64,000 nt of DNA from Bolinopsis microptera. Its lineage: Eukaryota. A model generated the notes under the pieces. The model saw only the letters and a list, made by a program, of their open reading frames with translations, was not told the origin of the DNA and did not search any database. Shown here in pieces: positions 44,567 through 55,600 of the stretch. The DNA lies in the NCBI RefSeq assembly GCF_026151205.1, contig NC_087073.1, positions 10,266,636 to 10,330,635 of the forward strand. The letters run 5' to 3'. A program made the position numbers and the translations under genes. Each line of letters opens with the position of its first letter. Position 1 is the stretch's first letter.

Positions 44567-45381
44567 TAAAAAACAGTTTTTTGCCTCTCCTGAAAACCTC
44601 GAATTTTAGACTTTAAAATCTATCTTCTCCTAGAGCTTTTATCCAATTCACCTCAAATTTGGAACATACGTTCCTGACATAAATTTAAAAGTTTGTTATG
44701 TAACGATTGTTGTAATTTTGCTCCTAACTCTTTTTATGAGGTTAACCGTTTTAAATTTTGTAACCCGTACTTATGGTTAACCTCATATCTCAGCTTTGGA
44801 GCAAGATATCAAAAATCGTTACATAACAAAAACTCAAAATACCTTGAAAAACATTTTTGCCAAGTTACAAGGTTCTAAGTCGTAAACTGTAAAAGAAGAT
44901 AGATTTTGAACACGATTTCATTTAAAGTTTTCATTTACAATAGAATTACAGGTAAACCTCAAAATTCAACGCGCGATATCTTCAAATAGGAAAGTTTGTT
45001 TTCAGTAAGGACAAAAGCATTTGAAAATTTAGATCGAGCTCTACAACATATCTCAAAATCTCAAAATTGACCTCGGACCCCCCCCCTGTGGCCTTAAATG
45101 TATAGTCAAGTACGTTTGTAGCGTGATCGGTGGTACATGCTTGGCTTTAATAAACATGTCTGTAGGTACATATATAGTAAACTATATGGCAACACATAAC
45201 GGTCCATGGCAAGTTTAAATTATTATCTAATGTGCATCAGTATTGTATAATCCAGTGTCGAAAATTGTTTCTTCCATTCAATATAAAGTTTTGCTTTATT
45301 CTTTATTTATCGTCTCAATTTTGTACATTTTGTGTGGTTATTTTTTCTCAAATTAGTTTTGAAATTTCTTGTTCATTGTAA

Positions 45382-46531
45382 TTGATCAGTTTGTGCAGGG
45401 CGTTGGCCTCTGCTTTTCTGTTAATCTCAGAATTCTTTTCACTATATCTTCTTCCAGGTCTCATGCCAAAATATACTGATATGGTGGAGACACCTTCACC
45501 ACCTGGTATTACCAGTCAGAAAACAGCCCGATCAAACAAAATAGCAACCAGAAAACAGCCCCAGAATAAGGGCAACAAACTGAAGATAAAACTCCGTGGC
45601 CGTCTCATAAAGAAAGGAAAAGTTGAACAAAGCACCAACAAGAAACCTAAAGATTTATCCGAGAAGAAGGCACCAGATGTTGGCAGTGCATCCGGAAAAT
45701 CCAAGCTTAATCCTAGAAAGAAGAAAAGAATTGCTACGATATCATCAGACTCAGATTCAGAGGCAAATGTGCAGCTGAACAAGAAAAATGTAAAGGATTT
45801 GTCACAGCGCCAAAAACTTAAAGCTGTGACAAATCCTTTACATAAAGAGGAAGGACAAACAAGAATACAAACAGCGAAAGACTTTATGGCTATCGTTAAA
45901 ACAGCTAATTTCCTTGCTAAACTCGATAAAGACCCCACGTATTCAGATATAAGCAAAGTTTTTGCCAATTTTGATATGACCCTATCCAAAACTGTTATTG
46001 ATGATGTTTTCAAACGGCGTTTTACAAAAAAACCCAGTAAGAAACTCCATTTATTTATGAAAGGGGCAATTCATGGGTACCCCGAAAATCTTAATCGATT
46101 TCAGTATCGGCGAAAGCCGCAGAACAGACCTGTGTTGAAACCCACACCGGAGCCTGAGAAGACTACAAGAAAGTTTGAAAGTTTCAAAACTTGCAAAGAA
46201 GCACTCTGGACTTTCTTATGCAACAGTCTTTTCACTCGGCATTACTGCCATAGAAAAGTTTGGTCCTCACGTCCTTGATGACGATTATAAGTTGGAAGCT
46301 CTTGTAGAGGCAGAGCTATGCAAATGGAGGCAAGATAAACTTCTATTCTCATTCGGAAATCTCCCATCGGCTGAAAAGATAAGTGTGCCAGAGGCTGTCA
46401 CAGAAGTCAGCAACCTTCTCGTGATTAGACTTAAGACTACTGTAGATGAGCTCAACAATCCAGTCTCTCAGGGCTGCGGTTCAGATCAATCGGACGGTGA
46501 TCGTGTGTTTAATTTTTCATTTATAGAATGA
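45382..46531 (+). CDS. Lys-rich ORF pair (298 aa and 118 aa, separated by one apparent frameshift near 46180-46280) of unknown function, inside element C
   Basis: Long open frames reading KKGKVEQSTNKKPKDLSEKKAPD... and ...LEALVEAELCKWRQDKLLFSFGNLPSAEKISVPEAVTEVSNLLVIRLKTTVDELNN. No recognisable transposase motif (no DDE/BED signature seen). Confidence 0.25.
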
Positions 46532-48520
46532 TTTCAGTACTGACACTTTTTGACTAAACCCAGATTGCCGTGATCAGACATCGCATCAGCATGTGATTAT
46601 GGTGGTCAGCTTTTTTACTACATTAAATGAAATGGTACTGTAATCTGTATCATGTATATATTGCTCTGACCACACCTTTTTTAATGATTCATCAATTTGT
46701 TGTTCCATGCCAGTACAGTGGCATATTAGATTTGGTTTTTAAATATTTAGATTTTTAAGTATCTTATTAGATTTTATGTTGTTAAATTGGTTTTTTAAGT
46801 TATTAAATTGGTTGTTTGACTGACTTTTTTTGATTGTTTATTATGTTCTTGTTTAAATTGTTTAACTTTGAACTTTATTTACTGTAGATTTTTACAGCCA
46901 GTAACGGCAGTACGGGATTTTGATTATTAAATCTCTTTTTCAACCTTATAATCAAATATTTTAATCCATTGTTGATTGTTCTGTATTGACTTATTATATA
47001 TTTTCTAATTCGATATACATGATTTTTACTTTACACTGATGTTTCACTTGAATATTTGTGTCTCTTGATAACAATTACAATTTCTGCTGAAGATTGTTCT
47101 TTGATCTTAGAATCAATTTAAAACAAAATATTAAAAATTAACCATTACAGTGTGCACAGCTCAATTGAAGTTTCAAAATGCAATATAACATAAAGCCATT
47201 GTTACTATTTGGTTTGGGGTTCTGGGACCACCACCAATCAATTTCTTGTCATATTTAAGTACAGAAATAGCTACCTATATCGCCTAGAAACCTCAGAGGA
47301 AAGATTTAAATTTTCCCGATTTTCCCGATATAAGGGTTAATGATGAATGAGGCCAAAATCGGAATCGGAAAAATCGGGTTGGACCCCCCCCCCCCCCCCC
47401 CCCAACAGTTTAAAGAGTTTGGTCTCTGCACTACCCCGAAGACAAACTTTTAAAAATTTTACGAACCTTGATAGCATTCGCCATAATTATCAACAAGAAA
47501 CAAAACAGCTGGCAGAAAGAAGTAGAACTTCTCATATCAAACACATCTTAGCAAACAGCATGATACAAAGTATGTGATCACCTCGTGTCATAAACTGAAT
47601 TTTTACTATTAAGAGTTAATATTAAGTGATATTAAGAATTAAACTTTTTTTAATCTACCTGCAAATTCGATCTTATTATCCAGTACAGACTGCAGCAGGC
47701 CCTGCGTGTTACGGACGCGGTAAAGTTAAACACATTTAAATCAGAATCTGTTTTTCATTTTTAATGTTTTTAATGTCACCGCCTGGAATTATTTTGTACT
47801 ATGCAATCTTTATCTATTGTTAGAATTTGATTTGAACAAGATATAGTGACTATGATAATTTAAGATATTGATTGAATGCAGCTTATTGACGATCGTGCAG
47901 CTTATTGACGATCGTGAGGTAACGATGGTTGATTAAATTTAAATTCATCACGCTTGGCTTGAGAACGTTGAATATCCCTATTCACAAAATTGAAAATAAT
48001 ACATAAATTATTGAAAGGATTCTTAATCCTAAGATAAAGAATTCGATTAGATAGTTAGATATATCAAGCACATGAGTTTGCTTCAGTGATCAGTTCGTTG
48101 CAAATATTAAATTCGCCAAGTAACAGATCTTAAATTCATGTTGCAAAATTATAGGTTTCTAAACTAACTTTTTAATTACCTACATGGCGATTCGTGATTT
48201 ATTTATAACGATAATTTCACTTTCTTAAAGTTTAAATAAAAGATAATTCAATTTCTAATTTAAAGTGGGTAGAAATATTAAATCAAAAGTGTTTAACATT
48301 TTAATGTCCGATCAACCAATCGATGAATACATATCATTTAAATTGGGTAGGATTGCTATTTGAGTATTAGTATTAGCATTAGCAATTAGTGATTGGTCAA
48401 CTGCACAAGCCCATGTTTATTTATAGATTACCTTAATTCCCAAAAATTTGGGCGACAAAAAATTTGAGCGGGCCTCTCGCCCAAATTTTTTGCAGACCAA
48501 ATTAATTGCATAATAATTGC

Positions 48521-48625
48521 TGTACGGCAAGTTAAACAAGGATCTGAAACTACTAGGTTCCGTACAGACTCAACTCTGCACCCGTGTCAATATGTTCATT
48601 ATATGCAAGCCTCTTGATTTATAAT
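48521..48625. repeat. ~105-bp direct repeat, copy 1
   Basis: tgctgtacggcaagttaaacaaggatctgaaactactaggttccgtacagactcaactctgcacccgtgtcaatatgttcattatatgcaagcctcttgatttataa. Repeated at 48838-48945. Confidence 0.7.
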
Positions 48626-48837
48626 CACCGAGTCTAGTAATTGTTTAAGAGAGTTCTCTGGCAGTTACGAACCTCGAGAGACTGTGGGATACTGAAGGGA
48701 AAGGAAGCAGTTCTAACGAGCTCTTCTCAAACACAAGGATATATTCTTGTGAACTCGGCTAGTATATATGAAGCATTTGTCATGGAGTTGTAGAGGGAGT
48801 TATGTGCCTCGCCGGGCTAAAGTAGAGGATGACCTTG

Positions 48838-48945
48838 CTGTACGGCAAGTTAAACAAGGATCTGAAACTACTAGGTTCCGTACAGACTCAACTCTGCACC
48901 CGTGTCAATATGTTCATTATATGCAAGCCTCTTGATTTATAAATC
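48838..48945. repeat. ~105-bp direct repeat, copy 2
   Basis: Near-identical to 48521-48625. The spacer between them is ~215 bp. Confidence 0.7.
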
Positions 48946-49040
48946 TTTTCCGTCTGCTAAATTTTTTGCTAACCAAACTTTTGGCATTTGGCCTGTGGCC
49001 CTGAAATCTATAGAAAGATGGCTTTTTCTTCATATCCAAG

Positions 49041-49636
49041 CGGGGGGGGGGGGGGGGGGGGATCAGGTACCAAGTGCCGGACATCACGTCGACTAAGTGT
49101 AGTTTTGGATATTTTTCACTAGACCCACCCACCCCCTTTGCGGTACTAACTGTTTTTTTGGATAATACGTAAGACACCCACCCCTTTTGCCGCCTTTTGC
49201 GGTACTAACTGTCGAAAAATCGTGGTACTAACTGTTTTTTGGTATATAGAATAAGATACCCACCCATAAATTGCTTTAAACAGCTCATTAAACATTGGAA
49301 ATGGGAAAATTATACCCACTATTTAGTAGGGGTTTTGTTTTCAATGTCGTCGAATTAGCTAAAAAGTTACACAAAAAATTTTAAAATTACAAAAAACCCA
49401 AAAAAAAACTCAAAAAAACCTCAAAACCCATTCCCAAAATTGAAATTTGAGGTAAAATGGTTTTTTTTGGGGTTGGACACCCAAAAAATTAACCCCTTAG
49501 TACCATGTACTAATTGTTTTCCTGGAAAATGGGCAGTAGACCCACCAGTTAGTACCATGTACTAACTGTGTTTTTGGGAGAAAAAATGACCCACCCACCA
49601 CCGTCATGTCCGGTACTAAGTGTATGATCCCCCCCG
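49041..49636. mobile_element. ~600-bp MITE with homopolymer termini (CG20 ... C7G). Element F.
   Basis: CGGGGGGGGGGGGGGGGGGGGGATCAGGTACCAAGTGCCGGACAT at 49041 mirrors ATGTCCGGTACTAAGTGTATGATCCCCCCCG ending at 49636. Internal tandem CCCACCC...TTGCGGTACTAACTGTTTTTT units. Flanking direct repeat ATCCAAG at 49034-49040 and 49637-49643. Confidence 0.65.
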
Positions 49637-50080
49637 ATCCAAGTGAAATAATATTTAAAATTTTAGTTTTCCAATTCTGCTTAAAATTGAAAGCAAAATG
49701 ACTGGAATAATAAGGAATAATAATGAACTAAGGCAAATATCTAACTGAAATTTTAGTGGAAAATCGTTCATTTTTGAAGAATTTGTGCCCAAATTTTCGG
49801 TCGCCCAAATGAATTCAAATTTTCTGCCCAAATTTTTCGGGCTCAAATAAATTGTGCTCAATATAATGGCACACAAATTTTTGGGAACTAAGGTAAAACT
49901 TTAACAATTCTTGTTTTACCAGGATCAAGCATCACATGGTATGTACGGCCACCCAGCTATCACAAAGTTTAATTAAGTTGCGCACGAATCGGAGTACAAA
50001 GTTGCATGAGATTGTCACATATTTCCCTCGCTCTATTTTGACGAGCGCGCTAATATATAACTCACTCTAATTAAATATAG

Positions 50081-50510
50081 AACTCACTCTAAACTTGATA
50101 TTCGAGATTTTTCTAAAAGGGCCCCCGACAGTTAGCTGGAACCATCCAGAAACAATGTATTTTCGGACGCTGATTCCGAATCACCCCATACCGAATCACC
50201 CCATTCCGAATCACCCCATACCATGACATAGGGTTAAAATGCTCCCCTGGCGAGATATTATTATTGGCGAAAAAACTGTCTCGATAACGTGATATGACCG
50301 TATAAGGAAGTTGGTCTGATTTCTCGTTATGGTTAGGGTTTCACTTTCAGCATATGATTATGCTTTTGTTAGGGATTGGGTTCGGGTAAGGATCAGATTG
50401 AGATTAGAGGATTGGGGTTTAGAATAGTCGTTCAGGGCCAGCTATAATTATAGAGAACGGGTTGAAAAAGTCACGTGACAGTCGAGTGTAGAGTGATTAA
50501 TCATCACCCC
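50081..50510 (+). mobile_element. T-MITE copy 3
   Basis: Collinear with 6736-7192: ...TTTTCGGACGCTGATTCCGAATCACCCC (with a triplicated ATACCGAATCACCCC), ATGACATAGGGTTAAAATGCTCCCCTGGCGAGATATT, TTAGGG-like tract, then AAAAAGTCACGTGACAGTCGAGTGTAGAGTGATTAATCATCA. Confidence 0.6.
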
Positions 50511-50984
50511 TATTTTGATCAGGGCTTATTATGGGATTGGTCAACAATATTGTTTAAATTGAATAAAACCGCGCTGGCGTGCTTACCTTTCTCGTCAGAC
50601 CCATTATTCAACCTTTTCTGAGTGCCAGCACAGGTGCAAAACACTTTGGTTTCATATTATCTTTCTGGATGAGAGCTGACTTATTATAGATTTATAATTC
50701 TCTCGTGACTCTTATAAATTCACTGTAAATAACATTATTAGCATTAACGTTACTTTTTCACATTTTATGACCGCATACAACTTTAAGTATAATTTTATTT
50801 TTAACTAGATGCTAGGATTGGCTTACACATGTCTATATGCAGCTGCTAACTTTGCCCTTGAAATACCTGTAGTTGTACAAAGGGAAGCCATTCCATAACC
50901 ATTCGATATCCTGTGTTTGTTATCGAGTTTTTAATTCCGTTTAAAAAAGATCGTTTAAATTTGAAGCTGGAAAATAATTGAGTG

Positions 50985-51060
50985 ATGAAGCCTGGACAGA
51001 AGACAGCGAATTCTAGTTTTTTGCTATCTGATGCTAGCTGCACTGAATCCTCGGACGGTG
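50985..51060 (+). CDS. Exon 1 of a small 2-exon gene, product unknown
   Basis: ATG at 50985. MKPGQKTANSSFLLSDASCTESSD then donor G|GTGAGG. Confidence 0.35.
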
Positions 51061-51167
51061 AGGGCCACTTTTGCCAGCATATTTCCCCCAAAAGTGTGAT
51101 GATTTATGTGTCCAAATCTAATCATATGCCGTGTACGGAAAATTATTATTAAAGTATTCCAATTCCA

Positions 51168-51641
51168 GGCGGCTGCGGAGCTAGGAATGTAAAACCGTCG
51201 GACGATGTTACTCGACTTATCATCGAAGGATTGAAGCATAACGGAGCAACACTTCCCGCATCCTTCGCTCCGTTTGTCGACAAGTCAAAGATAGGCTCAC
51301 TTCCAATGACTCCAGCTAATCAGCCAGTCGTTGGTTACAGATTAGGAACAATGGCCCCAAAAACTAAGAAAGTTACTAAGGTCGCAGGAAACAGACGTAA
51401 GAAATGTCCTAAGAAAAGGAGACAAGTCATCAAACCGCCTCCTCCAGAATCATCGGATAGCGAGTCCGCTATTGTGATAGGTTCCGAATCAGAAAAAATT
51501 TCTGATGATACTTCAACGTCTGGACAACTTGTCTCTTCGAGTGCTAGTATGAAGAACAATGAAAATAACAAGAAATTGGAAAAATTGTCCGTCGCTAATG
51601 GCAATGCTAACGTAGTATTGGGACAAAAAACGAAGTTGTGA
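51168..51641 (+). CDS. Exon 2 of the small gene: basic and Ser-rich, with a KKCPKKRRQV NLS-like stretch
   Basis: Acceptor tattccag in matching phase. ...GCGARNVKPSDDVTRLIIEGLKHNGATLPASF... continues to the stop at 51641 (ORF-track 51231-51641). Confidence 0.4.
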   Translation, partial: GGCGARNVKPSDDVTRLIIEGLKHNGATLPASFAPFVDKSKIGSLPMTPANQPVVGYRLGTMAPKTKKVTKVAGNRRKKCPKKRRQVIKPPPPESSDSESAIVIGSESEKISDDTSTSGQLVSSSASMKNNENNKKLEKLSVANGNANVVLGQKTKL

Positions 51642-52432
51642 TTTTACGAACTAAAGTAGTTGAATCATTCGGCTTAGTTTTGACAGTTTAGCAGTTAGCT
51701 CTTAAAGTTTAATTAATTATAATGTTGGAGGTATTCAAAAGAGCAACATTTAACTTGTTCATACCGATATTCATATACTATTATTAACAGTAACAGCCAA
51801 CTGTGGTTAAACGGTGACAAAACGGTTACAGATTACTTTAAAACCAACAAATATTAATATCAAGAAAGTGATTTAATGTAATTGGAGCTCAAAATATATC
51901 ATTAAATTAGAAAATATCATTTAATTACGTCGCCAAATCTCATAAAAAGACAGTGCTAATAAAACTGATACTTGACAACACTCCAGCATCCTAGCAACGA
52001 CATTGAAAGTGCTGGAACACGAAGCAAGAGTGAAAGTGTGGTTAAAATATTTACGTTACAGTAAAATATTATCAGGAATATTCATTATTTAGGTATTTTA
52101 TCATTATGAACACTCCTCCTAGTTGCACACCATCATATATGCATTTGAAATAGCGGACTAATCAATAACTAGGTAACGGCAATAAATGTTATATAATTTA
52201 TGTTGTGCTCTAACTCTAAAATTCTTGACTATAAATACAGCTACTATGTCTATAGTTAGTTATTCAATTATGGAATTTTTATATTTAGGCTTGATCGAAC
52301 AGCGAGGATCAGGATTCAGGGGGTCCGGTCATTATTTCAGTTCACACACGAAACTGAATTGTATGGTCATATCAACCCGGCCGGCCTACAATTGCCAATT
52401 ATTTTGAACGACCTGGCCTCTTTGTCAATTGT

Positions 52433-52685
52433 CAGTGGCGTAACGTTGCCTGTTGGCCCCCCCCCCCCCCCGCCGAAAAAGGGCCCCTCCCTTTTCGACG
52501 CCCCTTTTAAGAAGATTTTACACCAGTAAAAGTGTGTTTCTAGAGCAAATCGCGCAGTTTTGCTAGTACCTCAGTTAAGCTGTTCAAAATTGTCACACAT
52601 TCAAACGACGATTTGGCGCCCCCCCCCTCCCCTAAGAGTAAGATCCCCTAACCCCGGTCGGCGGGGCCCTTCGTTTCGCCACTGC
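52433..52685. mobile_element. ~250-bp MITE with a C15 homopolymer in its left arm. Element G.
   Basis: TIR CAGTGGCGTAACG...GGCCCC(C15)GCCGAAAAAGGGCCCC on the left. The right end ...GGGGTTAGGGG / CCCCTAACCCCGGTCGGCGGGGCCCTTCGTTTCGCCACTG is its reverse complement. Confidence 0.5.
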
Positions 52686-55600
52686 TCTTTGTATGCCTAT
52701 CAGTTTAGTGTTTACTAGCATTTACTGACTCTGAGCATGGCGATTGGATAATTGGCGAATGATAATATTAATGTTGTTGCCAAAATATACTTATAGAAGC
52801 GTGCTACAAAATCGATGACTTTCAGCCAAAATGGCTAAAACAAGCCTCCCATGAAAGCCATCACACAAGCAAACATATTGATATATTAAGTTGCATTGTT
52901 ATTATTTGAAAGAAACTTACCGGTGACTCTATAAGTATAACAATACTGTCACTGAGAATAGGTCGACCTATATATTCATATATCCTGTGCAAGTTATATT
53001 GTACAATGTAACTGCCTTTTAACAAGGTACTGGGTAGGTAAGGTTTGTCAAAGTACAGGGCACCTGTACACTATGTGTACGTAATTATACTAATAACTAG
53101 GTCCCAAACGTGATGGTGTTCCTACTTCTTCTTCTTCTGCTCCATCAATACATTCTATCTCTCAAATGTTTTGCAATAAAAATTGTGAAAATAATTAATT
53201 CTGTCCCATAGTTATTTTCTTGATATTTACAATCGGGACGCACAGTCTGAACCTGAGTAATCTCATGGGAATATATCTATTGATATTCGGTGTGCAAATA
53301 TGACAGTGACACTGACAGTGACAGTGGACACATGTGTCGGCTAGGCTACTGTTAAATCGCAAAAATTTCATAATAAGTAGATTTATAATTACGAGTGGTA
53401 GCAGAATGTGTTTTTAATAACTTTAATTGAGGAATATAGGCAAGTATATTTTCTTAATTACAGCTTGACGAACCATGAAATATCATCAACTGCAATATTT
53501 GGCGAAAACAAACTATTTTATTGCGAAAAACGATATATCCTCCGACATGTGATCAGACTCAGAGTCACAAAATAGTGCGCAAATCGCACGACTATCACAT
53601 ATGATATATTATCAATTATTAATAGTTACGACAGCACTATATTGCGACACGGAATTTCTCATTCAATTAAGCTGATCGACGTTTTAGAATTATTTAAAAT
53701 TATCCAAACTTAATTGAAGAGTATTACTAAAGTATTTCAATCTTAGAATACACATGATATTATCAATATCATCAGTATGAATATGTTAGTCCTACTCCTA
53801 GCTCCATCTTCAAGTTCATAACAGTCCAAACTGGTCACTCCAACTCCAAGAAGGTCTAAATGGTTAGGTACTTGATTCGTGTTACAGTGACAGTGGAGTT
53901 GAGCTAGAGAAGTGTCATATTAAATATTTATGGTACGTTCGAACAGTGAATCTAATCAATGTGGACTCTTCGCTGCGGACAGAGTTTGGTATTTTTAGTC
54001 TTTTAACTACAACATATAAAGATATAAGGCATGATTGTCATGGCACCTATTGTCACTGTTTTGACTATGTGTGACTCATGGTCATCCCCATAACTATAAG
54101 ATCAGATTTTTTGTGCTTGTAAATGTAATCGAATAGCGATGAAGTGCCTGAATCCTACTTTGTTGGGACAGCACAATATTGCGAACCGATACTTGTAGTG
54201 CTGTCGCAACATAGTGCGGTTACTAGCCATCCTCTCATTATATTTTGCAGTTTCCTGGCTTTCCCGATCCCGGAGTTTTCACAATGTATGATAGCTGTCG
54301 GTCTATTTAGGTTATCCATTTACAAATCTCCTACGACCATTTCAAATCTTAATTATAATACTAAATGGAAGAAATCACCAAATTACAAATAATTTACATC
54401 AAAATACGTTGCCTAAATTTCGTTTTATTCACCAATACGTCTTATACTTATAGTCTTAAGGGGGCATACACCAAAACAGTGGTTTGTGCTGTCCAACCCA
54501 AATGACCTCATAGGCAGTTCAGTGACCCTCTAGCGCACCGTTTCCACACAAAAAACTATTTTGAGAATACCTATTTTTGTAATCGAGCATGTTCTGGTTA
54601 AAGTGGCATTTTCGGAAAAACACAATTTGTTTCATGGAGAGGCTATAAGTTAATAATTTCTTGCGGTATCGGGTTAAAAGTTTGCTCGCCGTCTATTCAC
54701 ATCTATTTCAAGGTGTGTGTAAAATATCGAATTACAGAGTAGTTCGCTGTTTATTAGTCTCATAATTGAAATACTGATAGTTGGATAATATCCGGTTGGA
54801 AGAGACAAGGACAAGTGAAACAAGGAAGTTAGGAGTAAGGGCAAACTTTCGGCGTCAACGCCATCTTCAGGCTAAAATTGGTATAAATGTTAGTAATAAT
54901 TATAAATGCTTCTATACTAGTTAAAATGCTAAATTGGAATTACACACACTGAATACAGGTTACATCAAATGGTATTATATTATATTACATTGAAAATGGT
55001 GATGTACACACGTTTAACACTCTGTCCAAGTACATAATATCTACTTAACATAAGGGTCGTGTGCTATTTGTTTAAATGTGTCTTTGAATATGTTGTAAAA
55101 GAAATCCCTTAAGCTTCTCGCACTCTTCTTTATTATTGATACTAGGTTTAAATAAATTAATGTAGTAAGCTTCTGTCACTTTTCGTTTAATGGTGCTATA
55201 TAAGTATATTTCTAAAATATCGAAAGAAATTTCTGGTTCTAAGTTATTGCGAAACTCTGAATAATGAGCAGCCAACCCCTTATCAGGACTAGCAGGAACC
55301 CGTATAACCCTAAACTGCTAAAGTGGTGTCAAGACTCAAGAGACTAAAATAATTATTACCTATTTAATTCGCGTTTTTGACACCACTTGGGGGTCCAAAT
55401 TTTGGGCTCTAAAATCATTATTCCTTGGCCAATTTTTATTTTTTCATGCTGATTTGGAGGCCATAAAATTATTTGACCCAGTCAAAAAAGTTTCAGTTGT
55501 ATATCTTTTACGGTTTTTACGGCAAGTTGCGTTAAAGTTGATGCCGTGGTGTCAGTAAAATGGCACGGAAACGTCTCGCTTTATATATAGTAAGATAGGT

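Larger units (their letters stand above)
42314..45093. mobile_element. 2.78-kb TIR element with G17 ... C9 subterminal homopolymers, flanked by TTAA and nested in C. Element D.
   Basis: TTAA|GGCCACAGGGGGGGGGGGGGGGGGTCGAGGCC at 42310. Its mirror GACCTCGGACCCCCCCCCTGTGGCC|TTAA ends at 45097. At least 10 dispersed copies of the 12-bp palindrome GAGGTTAACCTC lie in both subterminal regions (42457, 42617, 42768, 42942, 42995, 43016, 43164, 44748, 44778, ~44955). Confidence 0.6.
41853..47403. mobile_element. 5.55-kb non-autonomous DNA element with homopolymer termini (G19 ... C20). It carries nested elements D and E and an unknown ORF. Element C.
   Basis: G run 41853-41871 followed by CGTCCAACCCGATTTCCGATAT. 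C run 47384-47403 preceded by ATCGGGTTGGAC; the 14-15 nt match is a perfect inversion. Both ends carry the hairpin unit CCGATTT(C)CCGATAT...GAGGCCAAAATCGGAATCGGAAAAAT. Flanking direct repeat AACAGTT at 41846-41852 and 47404-47410. Confidence 0.6.
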
